DNA of 24,364 nt, from IMG/VR virus record IMGVR_UViG_3300032270_001559, positions 1-24,364 of that record; one strand, 5' to 3'. Positions 1 through 10,379 of this stretch are shown here, in pieces. The notes below the pieces were generated by a model, which made no database searches, had not been told where the DNA came from, and saw only the letters and a program-made list of their open reading frames with translations. Position numbers and translations under genes: made by a program. Each line of letters starts with the position of its first letter. The stretch's first letter is position 1. The stretch is from a virus. Taxonomy: Duplodnaviria > Caudoviricetes.

Positions 1-3000
1 ATGGAGTTCCGTCATCATTTTCTATGTCTGCAATTAATTTTACAGAAGAATCATCATAACTAGAAGAATAAACTATTTCTCTTAATTGTCTTGGTGAATA
101 TAAGTGAGAATATTCTAATTCATAATTTGGATTTAATGAATTTTCTATTATTCCATCATGTAATTTTATTCTAGTTGGATTATAATTCAAATACCTATTG
201 AATAAATTTATAGTCCATTTTTGTATATTTGCAACTAATACTGCTTTAGTTCCAGCGGAGGATACATTTATTTTTGTTTTTTCTTTTGTATATCCAAGTC
301 CACCGTTAATTACCTTAACTTCTATCAATTTTCCATTGCTTACAACTGGAGTTAATATCGCTCCATTACCATCTCCCAAAATAGTTAATGTTGGGGAAGA
401 TTCATAATTTACTCCTGGATTTATTATAATAACTTTTTGTATTGTAGTTCCACTAATTACAATATCAACAAGTGCTCCAGATCCCTTTGTTACTTCAAAT
501 TTTGGTTGTCTGCTATAATTTATTATTTCTTGATCACCGTATCCAGAACCTTTACTTGTAACTACAACATTTTTTATTTTTCCTCTAAATATTGGATTTA
601 TTGATGCAGTCACAACTTGATTTGTTTGTGATGTTGTTACTACTGTTACTGTTATTGGCTCATATGAGAAAGTATGAGTACCAGATCCAATTGAACCAAG
701 TGAAACATACTGTTTGTTTTTAATGTAAAAATCTTCTCCCTGTTCAACTGTACCAACATAAGAAAGTGCAATTGAATCACCATCAATTTTTGTGACGTAG
801 TAAGATGTTGTAGTTGATAACCCAGAAATTGAAGTTCCAGAATAAGAATATTTTATTTTCTCTCCAGTAGAGTAAATATTATTTTTTATTGTGATTATAT
901 TTCTTTCTATGTCAATATCAGATGGAGATGCAACTGATATTCCTTTAGTATAACCATATCCAGAGTTTGTAATTTTTATGGATCCAATTTTTTTCTTTTT
1001 ATTTGTAGATATTAATCTTTGTACTCCATATCCAACTGAAGTTAATTGAATCTCGTTGATTGATGATATTGCATCTTCAAAATTCTTATGTAATTTTACT
1101 TCGGTTGAACTAAAAACAGAAATATAATAATTTGAATTTGAATTTAATCCAGCTATAGAAGTATTTCCATTATTGTTGTAAGTTACTTTTTCTCCATTTG
1201 AGAAATTATGATATGTTCCAAATCCAATGCGATTTTGTAATGTGTTAACTAAAGAAGAAGGAAAAGAGACCTCATAAGTATATGGAATTAAATTTGCCTT
1301 TGCTGATGCACCATAGCCATTTCCACCTACTATTTCTATTTTTGGTTCTGTATCATAATTAAATCCAGGATTTAGTATATCAATTCTAGCTAATGATCCC
1401 TGAACATTGCAATATGCGGATGCTCCAATGCCAATTGGGTTATTGTTTGAGTCTAAATCAGTAATTTGAATTGTAGGTGGATTTAATACATCAAAGTCTT
1501 CAGTTGATGCAGCCACTTTAATATCATTTAACTGACCATAAAATATGGAATCTTCTGACTTGTAGTTTAAAATTTCAACCCCATTTATCAGCAATCCAAT
1601 ATATCCAGGATCTGTAATATCTTTTGTTTCCGTAGACACTATTGGTGCAATATTTCTAATTAATGCCTGTTGAGTTAGATTTTTTATCTGTGATAAATTT
1701 TTAACATATCTTGCTGGTAGTAATTTATTGTCAGTTCCAGTTAAATATGAAGTAGAATTGATTCCAACATATACTGATTTGTAAATATTTTCCCTACTTT
1801 TAGCTAATTTTAATTTATTTTCTGTTATTCTTTTTACAAAATAACTATTTGTTGTTATTCCAATGTTATTTGATCCAGATCCAGGGAAATAAACTACTTC
1901 TTCTCCCGTCAAAAATCCATGATTTTCAATAACAAGAGTATCTACTTCTATATTACCGTAGTTTCCGGTTAGAGTTTTGACTTGATAATCTATTTCTAAA
2001 TTGTCACCAGGATAAGTCAGATATTTTGGTAATGAGTTTGAACAAACATAAAGATTATCAGTCTGTGTTATATCACCATACACATTTTGTACATTTGCAT
2101 TATATGGCGTATCATTAAATTTTGATATTATTTTGTTAACATTTAATACTTCAACTATGTCATTTGTGGAGTCAAATTGAAATTTTTTCTTTGGTATAAT
2201 TATATTTTTTATTGAGAATATTCCGATCTGCCTTATATTATTTCCATCAATATATTCTAATTCTATATTATCATTGATGTAAAATGTATTATCATCTATA
2301 GTTTCTACTTCATACCTTCTCAGTCCACCAGTGAGTATGGTGATATTTGTAATTTTTGCGTCTATACTTGGTGATATATTAAAGATCCAATTATTATAAT
2401 CTGGTCCCTGAAAGTTGTAACCATAAGTTAATACTTTTGTTTTGTCTCCAGGTTGATACAAATATGAATTTTCTAGAGTATCTGCATCTGATATGGTAGC
2501 AATAATTCTTACTTTAATCGCACCTTCGTCTGCATATGCATACTCATTCAATTTTACTTCAGTTTTTATTGGATAATATGTAGTAATTCCAGTACAATTT
2601 AAGAATTGAGTTATATTTTTGTCGGAATAAGTTACTATTCCAGTATTTACTACTAATTCACCAGAATTTGGAAATCCAATTGTGGAATCAACGTCAATGT
2701 AATTGTCATTATACTGTATTTCTTTTAGTGAATATGCTCTTGGAGTGATAGAAAATTCACCAAATACTGTTCCTCCAACCAAATTGATGTCTTTTTTGTA
2801 GTCATAATCTAAACTTAGTCTATAATATGTGACATTATTCCTAGTTATTGGCTCTACTCTAGTAATTGCACCATAACTTTTGTTTGATATGCTTGTTTGA
2901 TCCTGGAATAGAGTTCTTCCTTCTAAATCTAGAGCATTTCCTGATATTTGCTCAACAATAATGTCTTTAGTTATTCTATATTGTGCATCAGAAGGCTTAA

Positions 3001-3661
3001 ATAGGTAATCTTTTGGTGTTATTATGCTAATTTCTTCTCCATATAATGCCTTGAATAGAATTTCAAACGCACTAACGGTACCTTTTGCTGAATAAAAATC
3101 ATTTGATCTAGATATAAACAATCTTTGATTTACATCTTGATATAATTCTTTGTTTTCAAACCCTGGAAATATTTGTTTTTTTAATTTTAAAAGAAAATTT
3201 TCCAGTAAAATTTGATTTAAATTGATAACATCTACGCCAGATAGATGATTATCGGCTACTGTATCTGAAAATACCAATTCTCCATTTACATATCCAGTTG
3301 TTCCACTGAATCCACGGCTACAATTTAAAAATGAAGTGCTTGTCTTTGATCGATATAATATTACTTCTGAGTCAATTTGGACCAATCCATATGTATCTGG
3401 GAATCCTTCTGTACTAGTTACCAATATTGTGTCATCATAACTTACCAAATCAGAAGTAAGGGTAGTAGATGACGGTAAATTAGTTAAATTTTCTAACCTA
3501 ACATAACTATCAATATTTCTAATGATATCAATTGGATTTCCTTTTGATTCTATTGCCCTATAATATTCAGTTAAAAACTCAACAAATGTTGGATATTCAT
3601 CCCTTATAAATGCAGGGAGTTGATTTTCTATTAGTAGCGAGATATCTATTTTTGTTTTCAT
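1..3661 (-). CDS. Large baseplate wedge protein (cyanophage gp7-like), 3' end outside window
   Basis: ATG at 3661 right after the gp6 stop. Begins MKTKIDISLLIENQLPAFIRDEYPTFVEFLTEYY, typical of the protein following gp6 in T4-like cyanophages. Later GxGY-type repeats seen. Absent from the ORF track, consistent with running off the edge; frame not checked base by base. Confidence 0.8.
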   Translation of the reverse strand, partial: MKTKIDISLLIENQLPAFIRDEYPTFVEFLTEYYRAIESKGNPIDIIRNIDSYVRLENLTNLPSSTTLTSDLVSYDDTILVTSTEGFPDTYGLVQIDSEVILYRSKTSTSFLNCSRGFSGTTGYVNGELVFSDTVADNHLSGVDVINLNQILLENFLLKLKKQIFPGFENKELYQDVNQRLFISRSNDFYSAKGTVSAFEILFKALYGEEISIITPKDYLFKPSDAQYRITKDIIVEQISGNALDLEGRTLFQDQTSISNKSYGAITRVEPITRNNVTYYRLSLDYDYKKDINLVGGTVFGEFSITPRAYSLKEIQYNDNYIDVDSTIGFPNSGELVVNTGIVTYSDKNITQFLNCTGITTYYPIKTEVKLNEYAYADEGAIKVRIIATISDADTLENSYLYQPGDKTKVLTYGYNFQGPDYNNWIFNISPSIDAKITNITILTGGLRRYEVETIDDNTFYINDNIELEYIDGNNIRQIGIFSIKNIIIPKKKFQFDSTNDIVEVLNVNKIISKFNDTPYNANVQNVYGDITQTDNLYVCSNSLPKYLTYPGDNLEIDYQVKTLTGNYGNIEVDTLVIENHGFLTGEEVVYFPGSGSNNIGITTNSYFVKRITENKLKLAKSRENIYKSVYVGINSTSYLTGTDNKLLPARYVKNLSQIKNLTQQALIRNIAPIVSTETKDITDPGYIGLLINGVEILNYKSEDSIFYGQLNDIKVAASTEDFDVLNPPTIQITDLDSNNNPIGIGASAYCNVQGSLARIDILNPGFNYDTEPKIEIVGGNGYGASAKANLIPYTYEVSFPSSLVNTLQNRIGFGTYHNFSNGEKVTYNNNGNTSIAGLNSNSNYYISVFSSTEVKLHKNFEDAISSINEIQLTSVGYGVQRLISTNKKKKIGSIKITNSGYGYTKGISVASPSDIDIERNIITIKNNIYSTGEKIKYSYSGTSISGLSTTTSYYVTKIDGDSIALSYVGTVEQGEDFYIKNKQYVSLGSIGSGTHTFSYEPITVTVVTTSQTNQVVTASINPIFRGKIKNVVVTSKGSGYGDQEIINYSRQPKFEVTKGSGALVDIVISGTTIQKVIIINPGVNYESSPTLTILGDGNGAILTPVVSNGKLIEVKVINGGLGYTKEKTKINVSSAGTKAVLVANIQKWTINLFNRYLNYNPTRIKLHDGIIENSLNPNYELEYSHLYSPRQLREIVYSSSYDDSSVKLIADIENDDGTP

Positions 3662-3663
3662 TT

Positions 3664-5577
3664 TTAGCTTCTTACAGGATCTCCGTTGACATAACTAGAT
3701 GTTGTGATATAATTAGTTCCAGATATATCATACCCAGACTCAATATTATCTTGTCTTGTTTCTACATTAAAATCATTTAAATTTAGTTGTAAATATAAAT
3801 CCTGTAATCCTATTACATCATTTGATGTTGGAATTGCAGATATTTCTATTATTGGTTCTCCGCCAGTATTTTTTAAAGTAGATACTATATTTATTGGATT
3901 TATTTTAATTTCACCTTTTTTATAATCAATTGTTCCTACGGAACTTTTTAGTATTTGTGGATTATTTTGTATATCTAAAGTGAATAAAAACACATTACCA
4001 TAAGTTGTTCCTTTTGTTGGCTTATCAGAAATATAAACAGTTGATGAAATTCCATCAACTTTAAAACCAGAAGATTTTATATTGTATCCATCTGTTCTTT
4101 CTGAATAAAATTCATTCCCAAAACAAATTTCATATTCCGCATATTTATTCAGTACAGGTCTCAAATCTCTTCTTATTTGGACTGTAGTAATGTTTGATGT
4201 TATAGATGAACTCGTATTGTCTATTAACTTTTGAAATTTACTATATTTAAATCTTGCACCATACTTATTAAGATCGGATGACTCTGAATATGATTTAACA
4301 TTTTGACGAATTGATTCTGCCAATTGATCTGTACTTAATGTTGTATTTGAATTGTAGTATACATAAGAATTTATTTCCAGATAAAGATATTTTAAATCTA
4401 AAATTTCAATTCCAATTCCAGATACTGAATATTTTTTTAATTTTCTTCTTATCTCATCTTTAGTACTATTTGATAAAAATGCTCCAAATTTTGGCTTAAT
4501 GCTCAAAAATACTTTACCAAATTGTGGTGGACTCAGTTCTTCTCCACCAAAAGAAGATACAGAATCTATTTCTGGATACACCAAAGGAACGATTGTTTCG
4601 TAGTCACTCGGGGTAACGGCTCTATTTTGAGTGGAATATAATTTTGGTGCATACTTTCTGATTGAATCCACACTTTCAATATCATTTCCTCCTTTTGTTG
4701 ATTCAGTCAGAGTTGTAAATGAGATACCATCAGTTATATTTCTTCCATTGTTATCATATAATCTTCCACTAAAGGAAACCGCAGGAATTCCATTTCCCAA
4801 TTCTCCATTTGTCACAACATAAGATACTTCAATGAAGTCTCCATTGTTTAATTTTTGTCCAAATTGACCATCACCAAAGATTAATTCATATCTTTGATCT
4901 TCAATTTCTCTGACAAAAAATACTTTCGAGGTTGGAGTGACATCGGTTAAATTATCTACCAGATTAAATTTATATGATATTTCTTCGGATGCTCCTCTAA
5001 CTGAAACTGAAATTAAAGAAGTATCAATATTTGGGTTATCTAATATGAATCTTTGTCTATACTCATATGAATTAACAGTGAAAGTATTTACAAGATATGA
5101 GCCTTCATATATTTGAATATCATTAAAACTTGCAATATTACTTTGAACTGGAACTGTAACATCATCTTTTATAATAAATGTATATGTTTCACCATTATAT
5201 GAAGATAAAGAAGTACAAACAGTTCCTTTTTTTAATGTAATTGTAGACGGAGTAAGTTCAGAACTAATTGTGCTCGTATCTACACTGAAGGTTATTGTTC
5301 CTCTTGCTGAGGTTTTTGATTTTGGTAAGTATCCAATATTACTTGCTAATGATACTACATTTTCTCTAAGTGTTGCACTATCAATAAAAACCTCATTACT
5401 TAACATATTCGCATTGAAGGAATTTATGTAAGTATTATATGCCAACATGTCAATAATGACAGACATATTAGATCCTTCAAAATCATAATCCGTAAAATTG
5501 GAATTTGATCTTAAATAATCTTTAATTGAGATTTTTATTTGTTCGAAATCTAGATTCGAAAAATTTACAAGGGCCAT
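3664..5577 (-). CDS. gp6: T4-like baseplate wedge subunit gp6
   Basis: LDFEQIK...FTDYDFEGS...LAYNTY, FGDG, QNRAVTxxDY motifs of T4 gp6; next to gp25. Confidence 0.93.
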   Translation of the reverse strand: MALVNFSNLDFEQIKISIKDYLRSNSNFTDYDFEGSNMSVIIDMLAYNTYINSFNANMLSNEVFIDSATLRENVVSLASNIGYLPKSKTSARGTITFSVDTSTISSELTPSTITLKKGTVCTSLSSYNGETYTFIIKDDVTVPVQSNIASFNDIQIYEGSYLVNTFTVNSYEYRQRFILDNPNIDTSLISVSVRGASEEISYKFNLVDNLTDVTPTSKVFFVREIEDQRYELIFGDGQFGQKLNNGDFIEVSYVVTNGELGNGIPAVSFSGRLYDNNGRNITDGISFTTLTESTKGGNDIESVDSIRKYAPKLYSTQNRAVTPSDYETIVPLVYPEIDSVSSFGGEELSPPQFGKVFLSIKPKFGAFLSNSTKDEIRRKLKKYSVSGIGIEILDLKYLYLEINSYVYYNSNTTLSTDQLAESIRQNVKSYSESSDLNKYGARFKYSKFQKLIDNTSSSITSNITTVQIRRDLRPVLNKYAEYEICFGNEFYSERTDGYNIKSSGFKVDGISSTVYISDKPTKGTTYGNVFLFTLDIQNNPQILKSSVGTIDYKKGEIKINPINIVSTLKNTGGEPIIEISAIPTSNDVIGLQDLYLQLNLNDFNVETRQDNIESGYDISGTNYITTSSYVNGDPVRS

Positions 5578-5979
5578 TTACCTGGATTGCAAGAGTGCAA
5601 ATTGTAGTTGTTGTCTTAATGCATCAATACCAATAATGTCATAAGTAATAGTAACATTAAATTCTAAAGTATCATAATCTGGAGTTACATTTACTGATAT
5701 TAAATTCACCCTTGGTTCATAATTATCAATTGTAGTTTTTATTTCTGATTGTATTACATCTGCAGTAATTGAATCTAGACTGTCAAAAAGGGCTCTAGTT
5801 ACGTTAGAGCCCAAACTAGGAGTAAAAAAACGTTCTCCCAAAGTTGTGTATACTAAATTTCTAATTGAACGAGCAATAGCAGTCTCATTCTTAATGACTA
5901 CTAGGTCATAATTGAGTGGATTTACACTAAAAGATAAACTAATATCTTTAAATTGTTTGCTAATTCGTTCTATTGGCAT
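5578..5979 (-). CDS. gp25: T4-like baseplate wedge subunit gp25 (GPW/gp25 family)
   Basis: AIARSIRNLVYTTLGERFFxPxxGS and NYEPRV motifs. Confidence 0.93.
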   Translation of the reverse strand: MPIERISKQFKDISLSFSVNPLNYDLVVIKNETAIARSIRNLVYTTLGERFFTPSLGSNVTRALFDSLDSITADVIQSEIKTTIDNYEPRVNLISVNVTPDYDTLEFNVTITYDIIGIDALRQQLQFALLQSR

Positions 5980-6002
5980 TGATATATTTTAATCTAATAT
6001 AT

Positions 6003-6233
6003 TTATCCTATTAATGAAACTGGTTCCATTCCATAATCCCAATCGTCATAATCTGAATCATTACGAATTTTTTGATGTAATTCATTTTGACACTTAAACT
6101 TACTATTTTTTTCTCTGTAATCATCATTCATGATTTCAGAAATTAATTCTGTTTGTTGGTAATCTGTAACTAGTTTTGTTGTTCCCCACGTAGAATACAT
6201 ATATTCTGCGTTTCGGTCTGATGGTTTACCCAT
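6003..6233 (-). CDS. Hypothetical cyanophage protein
   Basis: 76-aa ORF co-oriented upstream of gp25, acidic DYDDWDYG C-terminus. Confidence 0.7.
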   Translation of the reverse strand: MGKPSDRNAEYMYSTWGTTKLVTDYQQTELISEIMNDDYREKNSKFKCQNELHQKIRNDSDYDDWDYGMEPVSLIG

Positions 6234-6316
6234 GAGGTTTTCTCCTGATCTTTTGAATCAGAACTTTTAGAGGGGTTTCTATCCCTATTCTCTGTAGTAT
6301 TTAGCTCATTGATCCT

Positions 6317-6324
6317 TATAAATA
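6317..6324 (+). promoter_or_regulatory. T4-type late promoter TATAAATA
   Basis: Exact TATAAATA 21 nt upstream of ATG 6346. Confidence 0.7.
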
Positions 6325-6345
6325 TTTTTATTCTGGTCTAGTAAA

Positions 6346-6929
6346 ATGAAAACATATTCTGAGTTTATTGCAGATGCATGGAAACCTCCAATGCAAAAAT
6401 TATCAGGATCTGGAAAAACTCCAATGCAAAAAGCCAGAGAAAAGGCAAAGACAAATTCAAAAATAACACCAGAAAAAATAGAGACAGTAAGAACATCAGC
6501 AAAAAGATTTGCGGAGCCAATCAATAATCCAAATCATCCAGACTATGAGTTTAAAAAAAGTGGAGATAATATTGAGGTATCATCAAAAAACATCCAATAA
6601 AAGTTAGTTACACTTCAGTTGGACCCAATCATTTTGTTCAAAATACAGAATTAACTGGAAAAACAAAAAATAGAATATCAACTGGAAGAGAAATGCAGAC
6701 GATTAAATCTTTAATTGCATCTAGAGCAAAACCAGGAACTAAAATTAGCTCATCTCCAGTTGGGGAAAGAAGAGGATCTCTGAATAGTAGAATTGGAATG
6801 GGTACAGTAGATGACAGGGGATATCAACATGGAGTCGCAAGAAATCTTTCACCTAAACAAAAACAAAAGAATGTTTCTCCATTGAGACCAGTTACTCACA
6901 CTGGTACTATTACAGATCCAAATCATTGA
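6346..6929 (+). CDS. Putative internal head protein paralog split by a -1 frameshift (6346-6600 plus 6591-6929)
   Basis: N-terminus MKTYSEFIADA. The -1 frame is open from 6591 (HPIKVSYTSVGPNH...) to 6929, and both halves align by eye with the 7602 and 9207 proteins. Junction TCA AAA AAC at 6583-6591. Confidence 0.6.
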
Positions 6930-6937
6930 TTAATTTT

Positions 6938-6945
6938 TATAAATA
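6938..6945 (+). promoter_or_regulatory. T4-type late promoter TATAAATA
   Basis: Exact motif upstream of ATG 6979. Confidence 0.7.
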
Positions 6946-6978
6946 TTCAATAAAAGTAAGACTAAAGGGTGTAAATAA

Positions 6979-7605
6979 ATGAAGACATTCTCTCAATTTA
7001 TTTTTGAATCAAATCGAAGAGCACAAAGAGCAAGTAAGTCTGGCCGTGTCGCAAAAGAAGGACCAAGATCTAGAGGGGAAAATGAACCAAGTGCAATAGT
7101 GACAGTAGGATTGCCAGGTTCTGGGAAATCAACTATTGCAAAGCACATGGTATCCAAAGGAAACACAGATCAACATGAATTGGATAAATCAAGAATTGCT
7201 CTCAAAAAAGGACCTGCATATTTTGGTCAAGATATTGTGAAGCATACTTATGGTGGCGCAGAGCAAAGTGCAAAAGCTGGTAGAAACACAGTTCTTTCTA
7301 ATACGTCAATTCCAAAACAACATCGAAATGATGCTGTGCAAAAATTGCACGATGTTGGATATAAAGCTGTGACTCCTGTTCTTGCACCAGGATCCACAAA
7401 AGCTGCAATGAGACGTAATCGTAACAGAAGGGGATCAAATCCAGGAGAAGGTGCAGTACCACAGTTTGTTATGAATAGAATGGCACAAGGTATGAAACAA
7501 ATTGGAAGAAAAGAAAAAAGAGAACTAAGAGGTAATTATAAAAAATTACACAAACAAGAACGATTCACCAAACCAGCAATGAGAAGATCTGGAGCAATTC
7601 GATGA
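6979..7605 (+). CDS. P-loop kinase (AAA_33/PNK-like) with capsid-targeting-like N-terminus
   Basis: IVTVGLPGSGKST Walker A, DKSR, RRNRNR lid motif; starts MKTFSQFIFE. Confidence 0.75.
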   Translation: MKTFSQFIFESNRRAQRASKSGRVAKEGPRSRGENEPSAIVTVGLPGSGKSTIAKHMVSKGNTDQHELDKSRIALKKGPAYFGQDIVKHTYGGAEQSAKAGRNTVLSNTSIPKQHRNDAVQKLHDVGYKAVTPVLAPGSTKAAMRRNRNRRGSNPGEGAVPQFVMNRMAQGMKQIGRKEKRELRGNYKKLHKQERFTKPAMRRSGAIR

Positions 7606-8672
7606 AAACATTCTCTCAGTTTATTGCAGAAGCAAAATTTGAAAAACATATGTCTCCAGACGAAAAGGAAGACATAAGAAATCAACGAGCATTTGGGTCA
7701 ACTTCTTTAAAAAATCGTGCAACTGGAATGAGAAGAACTTTTCACGCTGCGGAAAGAGGAATTAAAAAAGAAATTCCAACTGGAAATGAAAAATCAGAAA
7801 TTTCAGGTAAATATAACACGACTGGAGCAGAATTAAGAAGAGAAATTAGAAGATTAAAGGGATTAAAATCAGGAAGAGATTTTTCTAAAAGAGTAAAACA
7901 AGAACTTGAAGCAGACAGATATATTAAACAACAAAATTCTGAGTTTGCCGCAAAAAATGCACAAAACAAAATTGTAAGAACTTTCAGAGAATTTATAGAA
8001 ATCTCAGAAAAATATTATAAACCAGATGAGGAGTTGCCAGGTTCTAAAAAGACTCCATATAGAAAAGCATATGATAAAGAGAGAAGAAGAGAACATAATA
8101 TTGGCCCAAATAGTAACATTGAACGCATGAGAAGACATGCACATGCGACTGAAACGAAAGTCAAACATGGTGCAGATAATCCAGAATATAATGGAAAAGT
8201 AAGTCCTAAAGACAGAGATATCACTGTAGATTCTGATTATGATTATATGACCGTACATCATAAACCATCAAAAATTACTTATAATGTTACAAATGTGGGT
8301 GATGGTATACACACAATTGAATGGCAACATGGTCATGGTAACAAACGAAATCTTTCCAGACAACAAAGATTGAAGATTGCAAACGATGCAAAAAAAGTAT
8401 GGCACCAGCATGTATCGCATCGTCTACCTTATGGAGATGTTGCACATAACAAACCATCAAGTTCCAGAGATGAAGTAACCAAACAAGAAAAACCAGTCAA
8501 TCGTAGAGCAAATATCTATCAAAGATCTGGATTTGGTCCAACAGATTCTTCTAATGATCAATTTGCAAAAATTGGAAGAGAACCATCACCTAGACAAAGA
8601 GCAAAGGGGAAAACTAGATTAAAACCAATAGATCCACAAGAAATTAAAAAAGAAGTTGGTTGGGATGATTAA
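7602..8672 (+). CDS. Putative internal head protein (two-part; C-terminal domain paralogous to 9207 ORF)
   Basis: MKTFSQFIAE start, internal VRTFREFIEISE, then YYKPDExLP...VKHGADNP...RAxxYQRxGFGP...GREPSP shared with 9207..9914; ATGA overlap with the upstream gene. Confidence 0.75.
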   Translation: MKTFSQFIAEAKFEKHMSPDEKEDIRNQRAFGSTSLKNRATGMRRTFHAAERGIKKEIPTGNEKSEISGKYNTTGAELRREIRRLKGLKSGRDFSKRVKQELEADRYIKQQNSEFAAKNAQNKIVRTFREFIEISEKYYKPDEELPGSKKTPYRKAYDKERRREHNIGPNSNIERMRRHAHATETKVKHGADNPEYNGKVSPKDRDITVDSDYDYMTVHHKPSKITYNVTNVGDGIHTIEWQHGHGNKRNLSRQQRLKIANDAKKVWHQHVSHRLPYGDVAHNKPSSSRDEVTKQEKPVNRRANIYQRSGFGPTDSSNDQFAKIGREPSPRQRAKGKTRLKPIDPQEIKKEVGWDD

Positions 8673-8693
8673 TAACCATTCAAAATAATCTTT

Positions 8694-8752
8694 TGTGACA
8701 CTAAAAAAACTGTCACATCACTTCACCATTTTTCTTCTCATTGCATTATAAT
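8694..8752 (+). promoter_or_regulatory. 24-bp palindrome plus -10 box (early-type promoter)
   Basis: TGTGACA-N10-TGTCACA at 8694-8717, TATAAT at 8747-8752. Confidence 0.65.
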
Positions 8753-8774
8753 AAAAAAAAATAAATGATTTTTT

Positions 8775-9185
8775 ATGAAACTTAAAATTACCGCATACAA
8801 AACTGAATATGGTATTTGGGCATTTGATCATGAACATCAGAATACAGTTGCCGAAGCACTATGCAATGGTACTGAAACTGTGATTGATTGGTATTATGAA
8901 GTAATCAATAATATGAAACCAGTATCTGGTGATAAGATTGATTTTTATCTTGATACTGATTCATTCGATGGCGCAATCACTGACATTACATTGGTTGAGA
9001 CTGATCAGTCTGGTTCATATTATACAGATAAACTGAGTTCGATGAAACTGTGGTTGTGCCCATGGTTGCAAGGATACTTTGGTAGTGTTCCAGAAAAGAT
9101 CTATGTTTATTGTGAAAAACATGAAGAACCAGAAATTGATCCTGAGTTTGATGCCCTACTTGAAGAACTGATTGATAATAAATAA
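8775..9185 (+). CDS. Conserved hypothetical protein (resembles DUF6717 family)
   Basis: WAFD...ID...WLCPW...YF...PEKIYV pattern recognised from memory, not searched. Confidence 0.65.
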   Translation: MKLKITAYKTEYGIWAFDHEHQNTVAEALCNGTETVIDWYYEVINNMKPVSGDKIDFYLDTDSFDGAITDITLVETDQSGSYYTDKLSSMKLWLCPWLQGYFGSVPEKIYVYCEKHEEPEIDPEFDALLEELIDNK

Positions 9186-9206
9186 TATTAATAAAAAAAA
9201 ACGATA

Positions 9207-9914
9207 ATGAAAACATATTCTGAATTCATATCTGAATTCATATCTGATCTTCAAGAAAGATATTATAAACCAGATGAGAAGTTGCCATCTGGTAAGACAC
9301 CCTATGGCAAGTCTAGATCTTCATATTTTAGAAATAAAAGAAAAGATCAAGATAAACCAGATCATGAGGAAAGAATGAGACTTTTGAGAAGAAGTATAAA
9401 CCAAATTCAGAGATCGAATCGTCAAGTTAAGCACGGTGCGGATAATCCGAATTTCAATCCTCATTATCATCCTGATGCAGAGGTTTCTGCCGATAAAAAT
9501 AACTCATTGAGAGTGAACTCTAAGGGAATTGGTTATGTTTTGAAGAACACAGGAAAAAAAACAAAAGACAATAGACCAGTTCATGATGTCCTGTGGTACC
9601 ATACCCGTGATGATTCATCCGACGAAAAGAAAAAACAAATTACAAGAGATGCAAAGAATGTCTGGCACACACATGTCCAACATCGCATTCCTCATGGTTC
9701 AGTATTAACCAACTTTCCAGTTTCTAATCCATCAGATAAAAATCCACAAAGGAATACAAGAGCAAAATTATATCAAAGAGCAGGATTTGGTCCGAGAGGA
9801 AGCAGTGGAGATCAATATGCAAGTGTAGGTAGAGAACCATCACCAAAACAAAAAGCAAAGGGTGCGAAAAGGCTCAAGCCAATGTCCGGTGATACCGAAA
9901 CATTTAGGAATTAA
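9207..9914 (+). CDS. Putative internal head protein, paralog of 7602 C-terminal domain
   Basis: MKTYSEFISEFISD start (12-bp duplication tctgaattcata); shared motifs with 7602 ORF. Confidence 0.75.
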   Translation: MKTYSEFISEFISDLQERYYKPDEKLPSGKTPYGKSRSSYFRNKRKDQDKPDHEERMRLLRRSINQIQRSNRQVKHGADNPNFNPHYHPDAEVSADKNNSLRVNSKGIGYVLKNTGKKTKDNRPVHDVLWYHTRDDSSDEKKKQITRDAKNVWHTHVQHRIPHGSVLTNFPVSNPSDKNPQRNTRAKLYQRAGFGPRGSSGDQYASVGREPSPKQKAKGAKRLKPMSGDTETFRN

Positions 9915-10345
9915 TCACCAACAATCTCATTGTAATAATTGACTGGCCAATAGGAATAATAATTAGTCTTCTTTAGCTGCTCTCTTAACTGAAGCAGCTT
10001 TTTCTTTGGTTGAGCAAGTATGAGATTGAATCTTTGATTGCTTGTTCGTATTCCATTCAGCTCATTAACTTCATTCTTTGAATCACAAAAGAAACACCAT
10101 TCGGAATACATTAGGTTATAAAACTTAATCCAGGTCTTTATCTCCTTGACCGTCATATCATCATCAATGACGTAAATGATAACGTCATAATCAGTTAGGG
10201 CTTCTGGACTGATGTCTTCCACTTCTGTCTCTATAATTTTATAAACGGCTTTCTTCGCATAAGGACATATCGCAAAATCACCCAATTCTTTTCTTTTCTC
10301 GGAGATTTCGTCAATCCAATCTAAAATATATTCTTCTGTAGACAT
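9911..10345 (-). CDS. Hypothetical phage protein
   Basis: 144-aa ORF with ICPYAKKA motif, protein-like composition. Confidence 0.75.
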   Translation of the reverse strand: MSTEEYILDWIDEISEKRKELGDFAICPYAKKAVYKIIETEVEDISPEALTDYDVIIYVIDDDMTVKEIKTWIKFYNLMYSEWCFFCDSKNEVNELNGIRTSNQRFNLILAQPKKKLLQLREQLKKTNYYSYWPVNYYNEIVGD

Positions 10346-10379
10346 AAAAAAAAGAGTATCTAATGATACTCTTATTTAA

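Noticed and set aside
198-4822. Short + strand ORFs 198..407 and 4631..4822
   Set aside because: Antisense to baseplate genes, with no expression signals.
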